Origin: Eledone cirrhosa
Taxonomy: Eukaryota
DNA length: 64,000 nt
Direction of reading: 5' to 3'
Assembly (NCBI GenBank): GCA_964016885.1
Contig: OZ024742.1
Location: forward strand, 166,594,001 to 166,658,000
Made by a program: the position numbers and the translations under genes. The notes beneath the pieces were generated by a model, which saw nothing but the letters and a program-made list of their open reading frames with translations, was not told the origin of the DNA and searched no databases. Below are positions 1 to 13,171 of the stretch, one piece after another (position 1 is the first letter of the stretch; each line of letters begins with the position of its first letter).

Positions 1-946
1 AGATAATTTCTAGCCGTCCAAGGGGAGATAATTTCGAGCCAAGGGGAGATAATTTCCAGCCGTCCAAGGGGAGATAATTTTTTAAAAAATTAGGTGGAGA
101 TAATTTGTAAAAAAAATCAGGGGGAGATAATTTGTAAAAACAAAATCAAGGGCAGATAATTTCCAGCTGTCCAAGGGGAGATAATTTCCAGCCGTGCAAG
201 GGGAGATAATTTCCAGCCGTCCAAGGGGAGATAATTTCCCGCCAGCCAAGAGAAGATAATTTTTTAAAAAATCAGGCGGAGATTGTAAAAAAAATCAGGG
301 GGAGATAATTTGTAAAAAAATCAGGGGGAGATAATTTGTAAAAAAATCAAGGGGAGATAATTTCCAGCTGTCCAAGGGGAGGTAATATCTAGCCGTCCAA
401 GGGGAGATAATTTCCAGCCGTCCAAGGGGAGATAATTTCCAGCCGTCCAAGGGTAGATAATATCCAGCCGTCCAAGGAGACATATTTTCCAGCCGTCCAA
501 GGAGAGGTAATTTCTAGCCGTCCAAGTGGAGATAAATTCCAGCCTCCAAGGGGAGATAATTTCCAGCCAGCCAAGGGGAGATAATTTGTAAAAAAATCAG
601 GGGGAGATAATTTGTAAAAAAAATCAGGGGTAGATAATTTGTAAAAAAAAATCAGGGGGAGATAATTTGTAAAAAGAATCAAGGGGAGATAATTTGCAGC
701 CGTCCAAGGGGAGATAATTTTTAGCCGTCCAAGGAGAGGTAATTTCTAGCCGTCCAAGGTGAGATAATATCCAGCCGTCCAAGGGGAGATAATTTCCAGC
801 CGTCCAAGAGGAGATAATTTTTAAAAAAAAACAGGCGGAGATAATTTGTAAAAAAAAAATCAGGGTGAGATAATTTGTAAAAAAAAATCAGGGGGAGATA
901 ATTTGTAAAAAAAAATCAGGGGGAGGTAATTTATAAAAAAAATCAA

Positions 947-1045
947 GGGGAGATAATTTCCAGCCGTCCAAGGGAAGATAATTTCCAGCCCTCCAAGGGG
1001 CTATAATTTCCAGCGTCCAAGGGGAGATAATTTCCAGCCAGCGAA
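947..1045 (+). repeat. Example of a recurring 4-monomer A module (GGGAAG..CCCTCCAA / GGGGCTATAA..CAGCGTCCAA / CCAGCCAGCGAA)
   Basis: The same ordered variant series (25+25+24+25 bp) recurs at about 2000, 3250, 3430, 4420, 5900, 7140, 8380, 9855, 11880 and onward. A T-rich B monomer follows it in these copies. Confidence 0.9.
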
Positions 1046-4000
1046 GGGGAGATAATTTTTTTTTTTTTTAATCAGGGGGACATAATTTGTAAAAAAAATA
1101 AGGGGGAGATAATTTGTAAAAAAAATCAAGGGGAGATAATTTGTAAAAAAAATCAGGGGGAGATAATTTGTAAAAAAAAATCAGGGGGAGATAATTTGTA
1201 AAAAAAATCAAGGGGAGATAATTTCCAGCCGTCCAAGGGGAGATAATTTTCAGCCGTCCAAGGGGAGATAATTTCCCGCCAGCCAAGGGAAGATAATATT
1301 TAAAAAAATCAGGCGGAGATAATTTGTAAAAAAAATCAGGGGGAGATAGTTTGTAAAAAAATCAGGGGGAGATAATTTGTAAAAAAAAATCAGGGGGAGA
1401 TTTGTAAAAAAAATAAGGGGGAGATAATTTGTAAAAAAAAATCAGGGGTAGATAATTTGTAAAAAAAAATCAGGGGTAGATAATTTGTAAAAAAAAATCG
1501 GGGAGATAATTTGTAAAAAAAATCAATTGGAGATAATTTCCAGCCGTCCAAGGGGAGATAATTTTCAGCCGTCCAAGGAGAGGTAATTTCTAGACGTCCA
1601 AGGGGAGATAATTTCCAGCCGTCCAATGGGAGATAATTTCCAGCCGTCCAAGGGGAGATAATTTTTAAAAAAAAATCAGGCGGAGATAATTTGTAAAAAA
1701 AATCAAAGGGAGATAATTTCCAGCCGTCCAAAGAGAGATAATTTGCAGCCGTCCAAGGGGAGATAATTTTCAGTCGTCCAAGGAGAGGTAATTTCTAGCC
1801 GTCCAAGGGGAGATAATTTCCAGCCGTCCAAGGGGAGATAATTTCCAGCCGTCCAAGGGGAGATAATATTTTTAAAAAAATCAGGCGGAGATAATTTGTA
1901 AAACAAATCAGGGGGAGATAATTTGTAAAAAAAAATCAGGGGGAGATAATTTGTAAAAAAAAATCAGGGGGAGATAATTTGTAAAAAAAATCAAGGAGAG
2001 ATAATTTCCAGCCGTCCAAGGGAAGATAATTTCAAGCCCTCCAAGGGGCTATAATTTCCAGTGTCCAAGGGGAGATAATTTCCAGCCAGCGAAGAGGAGA
2101 TAATTTTTTTTTTTAAATCAGGGGGAGATTTGTAAAAAAAATCAAGGGGAGACAATTTGTAAAAAAAATCAAAGGGAGATAATTTCCAGCCGTCCAAAGA
2201 GAGATAATTTCTAGCCGTCCAAGGGGAGATAATTTCGAGCCAAGGTGGAGATAATTTCCAGCCGTACAAGGGGAGATAATTTTTAAAAAAATCAGGTGGA
2301 GATAATTTGTAAAAAAAATCAGGGGGAGATAATTTGTAAAAACAAAATCAAGGGCAGATAATTTCCAGCTGTCCAAGGGGAGATAATTTCCAGCCGTGCA
2401 AGGGGAGATAATTTCCAGCCGTCCAAGGGGAGATAATTTCCATCCTTCCAAGGGGAGATAATTTCCAGCCGTCCAAGGGGAGATAATTACCCGCCAGCCA
2501 AGGGAAGATAATTTTTTACAAAATCAGGCGGAGATTGTAAAAAAAATCAGGGGGAGATAATTTGTAAAAAAATCAGGGGGAGATAATTTGTAAAAAAATC
2601 AAGGGGAGATAATTTCCAGCCGTCCAAGGGGAGGTAATATCTAGCCGTCCAAGGGGAGATAATTTCCAGCCGTCCAAGGGGAGATAATTTCCAGCCGTCC
2701 AAGGGTAGATAATATCCAGCCGTCCAAGGAGACATATTTTCCAGCCGTCCAAGGAGAGGTAATTTCTAGCCGTCCAAGGGGAGATAAATTCCAGCCTCCA
2801 AGGGGACATAATTTCCAGCCAGCCAAGGGGAGATAATTTGTAAAAAAATCAGGGGGAGATAATTTTTAAAAAAAATCAGGGGGAGATAATTTGTAAAAAA
2901 AAATCAGGGGGAGATAATTTGTAAAAAAAATCAGGGGGAGATAATTTGTAAAAAAAATCAAGGGGAGATAATTTCCAGCCGTCCAAGGGGAGATAATTTT
3001 CAGCCGTCCAAGGGGAGATAATTTCCCGCCAGCCAAGGGAAGATAATATTTAAAAAATGAGGCGGAGATAATTTGTAAAAAAAATCAGGGGGAGATAATT
3101 TGTAAAAAAATCAGGGGGAGATAATTTGTAAAAAAAAATCAGGGGGAGATAATTTGTAAAAAAAATCAGGGGGAGATAATTTGTAAAAAAAATCAGGGGT
3201 AGATAATTTGTAAAAAAAAATCAGGGGGAGATAATTTGTAAAAAAAATCAAGGGGAGATAATTTCCAGCCGTCCAAGGGAAGATAATTTCAAGCCCTCCA
3301 AGGGGCTATAATTTCCAGTGTCCAAGGGGAGATAATTTCCAGCCAGCGAAGGGGAGATAATTTTTTTTTAAAAATCAGGGGGAGATTTGTAAAAAAAATC
3401 AGGGGGAGATAATTTGTAAAAAAAATCAAGGGGAGATAATTTTCAGCCGTCGAAGGGAAGATAATTTCCAGCCCTCCAAGGGGCTATAATTTCCAGCGTC
3501 CAAGGGGAGATAATTTCCAGCCAGCGAAGGGGAGATAATTTAAAAAAAAAAATCATTGGGAGATTTGTAAAAAAAATCAGGGAGAGATAATTTGTAAAAA
3601 AAATCAAGGGGAGATAATTTCCAGCCGTCCAAGGGGAGGTAATATCTAGCCGTCCAAGGGGAGATAATTTCCAGCCGTCCAAGGGGAGATAATTTCCAGC
3701 CGTCCAAGGGTAGATAATATCCAGCCGTCCAAGTAGACATTTTCCAGCCGTCCAAGGAGAGGTAATTTCTAGCCGTCCAAGGGAAGATAAATTCCAGCCT
3801 CCAAGGGGAGATAATTTCCAGCCAGCCAAGGGGAGATAATTTGTAAAAAAATCAGGGGGAGATAATTTGTAAAAAAAAATCAGGGGGAGATAATTTGTAA
3901 AAAAAAATCAGGGGGAGATAATTTGTAAAAAAAAATCAGGGGGAGATAATTTGTAAAAAAAATCAAGGGGAGATAATTTCCAGCCTTCCAAGGGGAGATA

Positions 4001-7000
4001 ATTTTCAGCCGTCCAAGGGGAGATAATTTCCCGCCAGCCAAGGGAAGATAATATTTTAAAAAATCAGCCGGAGATAATTTGTAAAAAAAATCAGGGGGAG
4101 ATAATTTGTAAAAAAATCAGGGGGAGATAATTTGTAAAAAAAAAATCAGGGGGAGATAATTTGTAAAAAAAATCAGGAGGAGATAATTTGTAAAAAAAAA
4201 TCAGGGGTAGATAATTTGTAAAAAAAAATCAGGGGGAGATAATTTGTAAAAAAAAAATCAGGGGGAGATAATTTGTAAAAAAAATCAAGGGGAGATAATT
4301 TCCAGCCGTCCAAGGAGAGATAATTTTAAAAAAAAATCAGGCGGAGATAATTTGTAAAAAAAAATCAAGGGGAGATAATTTGTAAAAAAAAATCAGGGGG
4401 AGATAATTTGTAAAAAAAATCAAGGGGAGATAATTTCCAGCCGTCCAAGGGAAGATAATTTCCAGCACTCCAAGGGGCTATAATTTCCAGTGTCCAAGGG
4501 GAGATAATTTCCAGCCAGCGAAGGGGAGATAATTTTTTTTAAAAAATCAGGGGGAGATATGTAAAAAAAATCAGAGGGAGATAATTTCTAAAAAAAATCA
4601 AAGGGAGATAATTTCCAGCCGTCCAAAGAGAGATAATTTCTAGCCGTCCAAGGGGAGATAATTTCCAGCCGTCCAAGGGGAGATAATTATTTAAAAAATC
4701 AGGTGGACATAATTTGTAAAAAAAATCAGGGGGAGATAATTTGTAAAAACAAAATCAAGGGCAGATAATTTCCAGCTGTCCAAGGGGAGATAATTTCCAG
4801 CCGTGCAAGGGGAGATAATTTCCAGCCGTCCAAGGGGAGATAATTTCCATCCTTCCAAGGGGAGATAATCTCCAGCCGTCCAAGGGGAGATAATTTCCCG
4901 CCAGCAAAGGGAAGATAATTTTTAAAAAAATCAGGCGGAGATTGTAAAAAAAATCAGGGGGAGATAATTTGTAAAAAAATCAGGGGGAGATAATTTGTAA
5001 AAAAAAAATCAGGGGAGATAATTTGTAAAAAAAAATCAGGGGGAGATAATTTGTAAAAAAAAAATCAGGGGGAGATAATTTGTAAAAAAAATCAGGGGGA
5101 GATAATTTGTAAAAAAAAATCAAGGGGAGATAATTTGTAAAAAAAATCAGGGGGAGATAATTAGTAAAAAAATCAAGGGGAGATAATTTCCAGCCGTCCA
5201 AGGGGAGGTAATATCTAGCCGTCCAAGGGGAGATAATTTCCAGCCGTCCAAGGGGAGATAATTTCCAGCCGTCCAAGGGTGGATAATATCCAGCCGTCCA
5301 AGTAGACATATTTTCCAGCCGTCCAAGGAGAGGTAATTTCTAGCCGTCCAAGGGGAGATAAATTCCAGCCTCCAAGGGGAGATAATTTCCAGCCAGCCAA
5401 GGGGAGATAATTTGTAAAAAAATCAGGGGGAGATAATTTGTAAAAAAAATCAGGGGGAGATAATTTGTAAAAAAAAATCAGGGGGAGATAATTTGTAAAA
5501 AAAATCAGGGGGAGATAATTTGTAAAAAAAAATCAGGGGGAGATAATTTGTAAAAAAAAATCAGGGGGAGATAATTTGTAAAAAAAAATCAGGGGGAGAT
5601 AATTTGTAAAAAAAATCAAGGGGAGATAATTTCCAGCCGTCCAAGGGGAGATAATTTCCAGCCGTCCAAGGGGAGGTAATATCTAGCCGTCCAAGGGGAG
5701 ATAATTTCCAGCCGTCCAAGAGGAGATAATTTCCAGCCGTCCAAGGGAAGATAATTTCAAGCCCTCCAAGGGGCTATAATTTCCAGTGTCCAAGGGGAGA
5801 TAATTTCCAGCCAGCGAAGGGGAGATAATTTTTTTTTAAAAATCAGGGGGAGATTTGTAAAAAAAATCAGGGGGAGATAATTTGTAAAAAAAATCAAGGG
5901 GAGATAATTTCCAGCCGTCGAAGGGAAGATAATTTCCAGCCCTCCAAGGGGCTATAATTTCCAGCGTGCAAGGGGAGATAATTTCCAGCCAGCGAAGGGG
6001 AGATAATTTTTAAAAAAAAATCATTGGGAGATTTGTAAAAAAAATCAGGGAGAGATAATTTGTAAAAGAAATCAAGGGGAGATAATTTCCAGCCGTCCAA
6101 GGGGAGGTAATATCTAGCCGTCCAAGGGGAGATAATTTCCAGCCGTCCAAGGGGAGATAATTTCCAGCCGTCCAAGGGTAGATAATATCCAGCCGTCCAA
6201 GTAGACATTTTCCAGCCGTCCAAGGAGAGGTAATTTCTAGCCGTCCAAGGGGAGATAAATTCCAGCCTCCAAGGGGAGATAATTTCCAGCCAGCCAAGGG
6301 GAGATAATTTGTAAAAAAATCAGGGGGAGATAATTTGTAAAAAAAATCAGGGGGAGATAATTTGTAAAAAAAATCAGGGGGAGATAATTTGTAAAAAAAA
6401 ATCAGGGGGAGATAATTTGTAAAAAAAAATCAGGGGGAGATAATTTGTAAAAAAAATCAAGGGGAGATAATTTCCAGCCGTCCAAGGGGAGATAATTTTC
6501 AGCCGTCCAAGGGGAGATAATTTCCAGCCGTCCAAGGGGAGATAATTTCCATCCTTCCAAGGGGAGATAATTTCCAGCCGTCCAAGGGGAGATAATTTCC
6601 CGCCAACCAAGGGAAGATAATTTTTTAAAAAATCAGGCGGAGATTGTAAAAAAAATCAGGGGGAGATAATTTGTAAAAAAATCAGGGGGAGATAATTTGT
6701 AAAAAAAAATCAGGGGGAGATAATTTGTAAAAAAAATCAGGGGGAGATAATTTGTAAAAAAAAATCAAGGGGAGATAATTTGTACAAAAAATCAGGGGTA
6801 TATAATTTGTAAAAAAAAATCAGGGGGAGATAATTTGTAAAAAAAAATCAGGGGGAGATAATTTGTAAAAAAAATCAAGGGAGATAATTTGCAGCCGTCC
6901 AAGGAGAGATAATTTTCAGCCGTCCAAGGAGAGGTAATTTCTAGCTGTCCAAGGTGAGATAATATCCAGCCGTCCAAGGGGAGATAATTTCCAGCCGTCC

Positions 7001-8555
7001 AAGGGGAGATAATTTTAAAATAAAAACAGGCGAAGATAATTTGTAAAAAAAAAATCAGGGGGAGATAATTTGTAAAAAAAAATCAGGGGGAGATAATTTG
7101 TAAAAAAAAATCAGGGGGAGGTAATTTGTAAAAAAAATCAAGGGGAGATAATTTCCAGCCGTCCAAGGGAAGATAATTTCCAGCCCTCCAAGGGGCTATA
7201 ATTTCCAGCGTCCAAGGGGAGATAATTTCCAGCCAGCGAAGGGGAGATAATTTTTTTTTTTTTAAATCAGGGGGACATAATTTGTAAAAAAAATCAGGGG
7301 GAGATAATTTGTAAAAAAAATCAAGGGGAGATAATTTGTAAAAAAAAATCAGGGGGAGATAATTTGTAAAAAAAAATCAGGGGGAGATAATTTGTAAAAA
7401 AAATCAAGGGGAGATAATTTGTAAAAAAAAATCAAGGGGAGATAATTTCCAGCCGTCCAAGGGGAGATAATTTTCAGCCGTCCAAGGGGAGATAATTTCC
7501 CGCCAGCCAATGAAAGATAATATTTAAAAAAATCAGGCGGAGATAATTTGTAAAAAAAATCAGGGGGAGATAATTTGTAAAAAAATCAGGGGGAGATAAT
7601 TTGTAAAAAAAAAATCAGGGGGAGATAATTTGTAAAAAAAATCAGGGGGAGATAATTTGTAAAAAAAAATCAGGGGGAGATAATTTGTAAAAAAAATCAG
7701 GGGGAGATAATTTGTAAAAAAAATCAATTGGAGATAATTTCCAGCCGTCCAAGGGGAGATAATTTTCAGCCGTCCAATGAGAGGTAATTTCTAGACGTCC
7801 AAGGGGAGATAATTTCCAGCCGTCCAAGGGTAGATAATATCCAGCCGTCCAAGGAGACATATTTTCCAGCTTTCCAAGGAGAGGTAATTTCTAGCCGTCC
7901 AAGGGGAGATAAATTCCAGCCTCCAAGGGGAGATAATTTCCAGCCAGCCAAGGGGAGATAATTTGTAAAAAAATCAGGGGGAGATAATTTGTAAAAAAAA
8001 TCAGGGGGAGATAATTTGTAAAAAAAATCAGGGGGAGATAATTTGTAAAAAACATCAAGGGGAGATAATTTCCAGCCGTCCAAGGGGAGATAATTTTCAG
8101 CCGTCCAAGGGGAGATAATTTCCCGCCAGCCAAGGGAAGATAATATTTAAAAAATGAGGCGGAGATAATTTGTAAAAAAAATCAGGGGGAGATAATTTGT
8201 AAAAAAATCAGGGGGAGATAATTTGTAAAAAAAAAATCAGGGGGAGATAATTTGTAAAAAAAATCAGGGGGAGATAATTTGTAAAAAAAAATCAGGGGTA
8301 GATAATTTGTAAAAAAAAATCAGGGGGAGATAATTTGTAAAAAAAATCAGGGGGAGATAATTTGTAAAAAAAATCAAGGGGAGATAATTTCCAGCCGTCC
8401 AAGGGAAGATAATTTCAAGCCCTCCAAGGGGCTATAATTTCCAGTGTCCAAGGGGAGATAATTTCCAGCCAGCGAAGGGGAGATAATTTTTTTTTAAAAA
8501 TCAGGGGGAGATTTGTAAAAAAAATCAGGGGGAGATAATTTGTAAAAAAAATCAA

Positions 8556-8651
8556 AGGGAGATAATTTCCAGCCGTCCAAAGAGAGATAATTTCTAGCCG
8601 TCCAAGGGGAGATAATTTCGAGCCAAGGGGAGATAATTTCCAGCCGTCCAA
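8556..8651 (+). repeat. Example of a recurring 4-monomer A module containing a 21-bp deleted monomer (AGGGAG / AGAGAG..CTAG / C(G/C)AGCCAA)
   Basis: The pattern is 25+25+21+25 bp. Copies lie near 1-67 (partial), 2170, 12060, 14940, 18780, 19745, 22625, 27055, 31105, 34975, 38165, 42065, 47045, 54740 and 61975. Confidence 0.88.
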
Positions 8652-8733
8652 GGGGAGATAATTTTTTAAAAAATCAGGTGGAGATAATTTGTAAAAAAAA
8701 TCAGGGGGAGATAATTTGTAAAAACAAAATCAA

Positions 8734-8883
8734 GGGCAGATAATTTCCAGCTGTCCAAGGGGAGATAATTTCCAGCCGTGCAAGGGGAGATAATTTCCAG
8801 CCGTCCAAGGGGAGATAATTTCCATCCTTCCAAGGGGAGATAATTTCCAGCCGTCCAAGGGGAGATAATTTCCCGCCAGCCAA
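8734..8883 (+). repeat. Example of a recurring 6-monomer A module (GGGCAG..CTGTCC / CCGTGCAA / CCATCCTTCC / CCCGCCAGCC), preceded by the B variant AAAAACAAAA
   Basis: Exactly 6 x 25 bp. It corresponds to the repeated 60-aa pseudo-ORF at 8701, 12206, 15085, 18925, 19891, 22770, 27201, 31252, 35122, 38311, 42211, 47192, 50556 and 62122. Confidence 0.9.
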
Positions 8884-11800
8884 GGGAAGATAATTTTTTA
8901 AAAAATCAGGCGGAGATTGTAAAAAAAATCAGGGGGAGATAATTTGTAAAAAAATCAGGGGGAGATAATTTGTAAAAAAATCAAGGGGAGATAATTTCCA
9001 GCTGTCCAAGGGGAGGTAATATCTAGCCGTCCAAGGGGAGATAATTTCCAGCCGTCCAAGGGGAGATAATTTCCAGCCGTCCAAGGGTAGATAATATCCA
9101 GCCGTCCAAGGAGACATATTTTCCAGCCCTCCAAGGAGAGGTAATTTCTAGCCGTCCAAGTGGAGATAAATTCCAGCCTCCAAGGGGAGATAATTTCCAG
9201 CCAGCCAAGGGGAGATAATTTGTAAAAAAATCAGGGGGAGATAATTTGTAAAAAAAATCAGGGGGAGATAATTTGTAAAAAAAAATCAGGGGGAGATAAT
9301 TTGTAAAAAAAATCAGGGGGAGATAATTTGTAAAAAAAATCAAGGGGAGATAATTTCCAGCCGTCCAAGGGGAGATAATTTTCAGCCGTCCAAGGGGAGA
9401 TAATTTCCCGCCAGCCAAGGGAAGATAATATTTAAAAAATGAGGCGGAGATAATTTGTAAAAAAAATCAGGGGGAGATAATTTGTAAAAAAATCAGGGGG
9501 AGATAATTTGTAAAAAAAAATCAGGGTGAGATAATTTGTAAAAAAAATTAGGGGGAGATAATTTGTAAAAAAAAATCAGGGGTAGATAATTTGTAAAAAA
9601 AAATCAGGGGGAGATAATTTGTAAAAAAAATCAGGGGGAGATAATTTGTAAAAAAAATCAAGGGGAGATAATTTCCAGCCGTCCAAGGAGAGATAATTTA
9701 AAAAAAAAATCAGGCGGAGATAATTTGTAAAAAAAAATCAGGGGGAGATAATTTGTAAAAAAAAAATCAGGGGGAGATAATTTGTAAAAAAAAATCAGGG
9801 GGAGATAATTTGTAAAAAAAAATCAGGGGGAGATAATTTGTAAAAAAAATCAAGGGGAGATAATTTCCAGCCGTCCAAGGGAAGATAATTTCCAGCCCTC
9901 CAAGGGGCTATAATTTCCAGCGTCCAAGGGGAGATAATTTCCAGCCAGCGAAGGGGAGATAATTGTTTTAAAAAAATCATTGGGAGATTTGTAAAAAAAA
10001 TCAGGGGGAGATAATTAATAAAAAAAATCAAGGGGAGATAATTCCAGCCGTCCAAGGGGAGGTAATATCTAGCCGTCCAAGGGGAGATAATTTCCAGCCG
10101 TCCAAGGGGAGATAATTTCCAGCCGTCCAAGGGTAGATAATATCCAGCCGTCCAAGGAGACATATTTTCCAGCCGTCCAAGGAGAGGTAATTTCTAGCCG
10201 TCCAAGGGGAGATAAATTCCAGCCTCCAAGGGGAGATAATTTCCAGCCAGCCAAGGGGAGATAATTTGTAAAAAAATCAGGGGGAGATAATTTGTAAAAA
10301 AAGTCAGGGGTAGATAATTTGTAAAAAAAAATCAGGGGGAGATAATTTGTAAAAAAAAATCAGGGGGAGATAATTTGTAAAAAAAATCAAGGGGAGATAA
10401 TTTCCAGCCGTCCAAGGAGAGATAATTTTTAAAAAAAAATCAGGCGGAGATAATTTGTAAAAAAAAATCAGGGGGAGATAATTTGTAAAAAAAAATAAGG
10501 GGGAGATAATTTGTAAAAAAAATCAAGGGGAGATAATTTCCAGCCGTCCAAGGGGAGATAATTTCCAGCCGTCCAAGGGGAGATAAATTTTTTAAAAAAA
10601 TCAGGCGGAGATAATTTGTAAAAAAAATCAGGGGGAGATAATTTGTAAAAAAAAATCAAGGGGAGATAATTTGTAAAAAAAATCAGGGGGAGATAATTTC
10701 CAGCCGTCCAAGGTAAGATAATTTCCAGCCCTCCAAGGGGCTATAATTTCCAGCATCCAAGGGGAGATAATTTCCAGCCGTCCAAGGGTAGATAATATCC
10801 AGCCGTCCAAGTAGACATATTTTCCAGCCGTCCAAGGAGAGGTAATTTCTAGCCGTCCAAGGGGAGATAAATTCCAGCCTCCAAGGGGAGATAATTTCCA
10901 GCCAGCCAAGGGGAGATAATTTGTAAAAAAATCAGGGGGAGATAATTTGTAAAAAAAATCAGGGAGATAATTTGTAAAAAAAAATCAGGGGGAGATAATT
11001 TGTAAAAAAAAATCAGCGGGAGATAATTTCCAGCCGTCCAAGGGGAGATAATTTTCAGCCGTCCAAGGGTAGATAATATCCAGCCGTCCAAGTAGACATT
11101 TTCCAGCCGTCCAAGGAGAGGTAATTTCTAGCCGTCCAAGGGGAGATAAATTCCAGCCTCCAAGGGGAGATAATTTCCAGCCAGCCAAGGGGAGATAATT
11201 TGTAAAAAAATCAGGGGGAGATAATTTGTAAAAAAAATCAGGGGGAGATAATTTGTAAAAAAAAATCAGGGGGAGATAATTTGTAAAAAAAAAATCAGGG
11301 GGAGATAATTTGTAAAAAAAAATCAGGGGGAGATAATTTGTAAAAAAAATCAAGGGGAGATAATTTCCAGCCGTCCAAGGGGAGATAATTTTCAGCCGTC
11401 CAAGGGGAGATAATTTCCAGACGTCCAAGGGGAGATAATTTCCATCCTTCCAAGGGGAGATAATTTCCAGCCTTCCAAGGGGAGATAATTTTCAGCCGTC
11501 CAAGGGGAGATAATTTCCCGCCAGCCAAGGGAAGATAATATTTTAAAAAATCAGGCGGAGATAATTTGTAAAAAAATCAGGGGGAGATAATTTGTAAAAA
11601 AAAAATCAGGGGGAGATAATTTGTAAAAAAAATCAGGGGGAGATAATTTGTAAAAAAAAATCAGGGGTAGATAATTTGTAAAAAAAAATCAGGGGGAGAT
11701 AATTTGTAAAAAAAAAATCAGGGGGAGATAATTTGTAAAAAAAATCAAGGGGAGATAATTTCCAGCCGTCCAAGGAGAGATAATTTTTAAAAAAAATCAG

Positions 11801-12947
11801 GCGGAGATAATTTGTAAAAAAAAATCAAGGGGAGATAATTTGTAAAAAAAAATCAGGGGGAGATAATTTGTAAAAAAATCAAGGGGAGATAATTTCCAGC
11901 CGTCCAAGGGAAGATAATTTCCAGCACTCCAAGGGGCTATAATTTCCAGTGTCCAAGGGGAGATAATTTCCAGCCAGCGAAGGGGAGATAATTTTTTTAA
12001 AAAAATCAGGGGGAGATATGTAAAAAAAATCAGAGGGAGATAATTTCTAAAAAAAATCAAAGGGAGATAATTTCCAGCCGTCCAAAGAGAGATAATTTCT
12101 AGCCGTCCAAGGGGAGATAATTTCCAGCCAAGGGGAGATAATTTCCAGCCGTCCAAGGGAAGATAATTATTTAAAAAATCAGGTGGAGATAATTTGTAAA
12201 AAAAATCAGGGGGAGATAATTTGTAAAAACAAAATCAAGGGCAGATAATTTCCAGCTGTCCAAGGGGAGATAATTTCCAGCCGTGCAAGGGGAGATAATT
12301 TCCAGCCGTCCAAGGGGAGATAATTTCCATCCTTCCAAGGGGAGATAATCTCCAGCCGTCCAAGGGGAGATAATTTCCCGCCAGCCAAGGGAAGATAATT
12401 TTTAAAAAAATCAGGCGGAGATTGTAAAAAAAATCAGGGGGAGATAATTTGTAAAAAAATCAGGGGGAGATAATTTGTAAAAAAAAAATCAGGGGAGATA
12501 ATTTGTAAAAAAAAATCAGGGGGAGATAATTTGTAAAAAAAAAATCAGGGGGAGATAATTTGTAAAAAAAATCAGGGGTAGATAATTTGTAAAAAAAATC
12601 AGGGGGAGATAATTTGTAAAAAAAAATCAGTGGGAGATAATTTGTAAAAAAATCAAGGGGAGATAATATGCAGCCGTCCAAGGGGAGATAACTTTCAGCC
12701 TTCCAAGGAGAGTTAATTTCTAGCCGTCCAAGGGGAGATAATTTCCAGCCGTCCAAGGGGAGATAATTTCCAGCCGTCCAAGGGGAGATAGTTTTTTTAA
12801 AAAAATCAGGCGGAGATAATTTGTAAAAAAAAAATCAGGGGGAGATAATTTGTAAAAAAAAATCAGGGGGAGATAATTTGTAAAAAAAAATCAAGGGGAG
12901 ATAATTTGTAAAAAAAATCAGGGGGAGATAATTAGTAAAAAAATCAA

Positions 12948-13171
12948 GGGGAGATAATTTCCAGCCGTCCAAGGGGAGGTAATATCTAGCCGTCCAAGGG
13001 GAGATAATTTCCAGCCGTCCAAGGGGAGATAATTTCCAGCCGTCCAAGGGTAGATAATATCCAGCCGTCCAAGTAGACATATTTTCCAGCCGTCCAAGGA
13101 GAGGTAATTTCTAGCCGTCCAAGGGGAGATAAATTCCAGCCTCCAAGGGGAGATAATTTCCAGCCAGCCAA
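12948..13171 (+). repeat. Example of a recurring 9-monomer A module (GAGGTAATATCTAG .. GGGTAGATAATATCC / G(T/G)AGACAT(AT)TTTCC / GAGAGGTAATTTCTAG / GATAAATTCCAGCCTCC / CCAGCCAGCCAA)
   Basis: 224 bp (8x25 + 24). The same ordered series recurs dozens of times, whole or 5'-truncated, e.g. near 350, 2600, 3610, 5180, 6075, 8985, 10030, 13790 and 62785. Confidence 0.92.
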
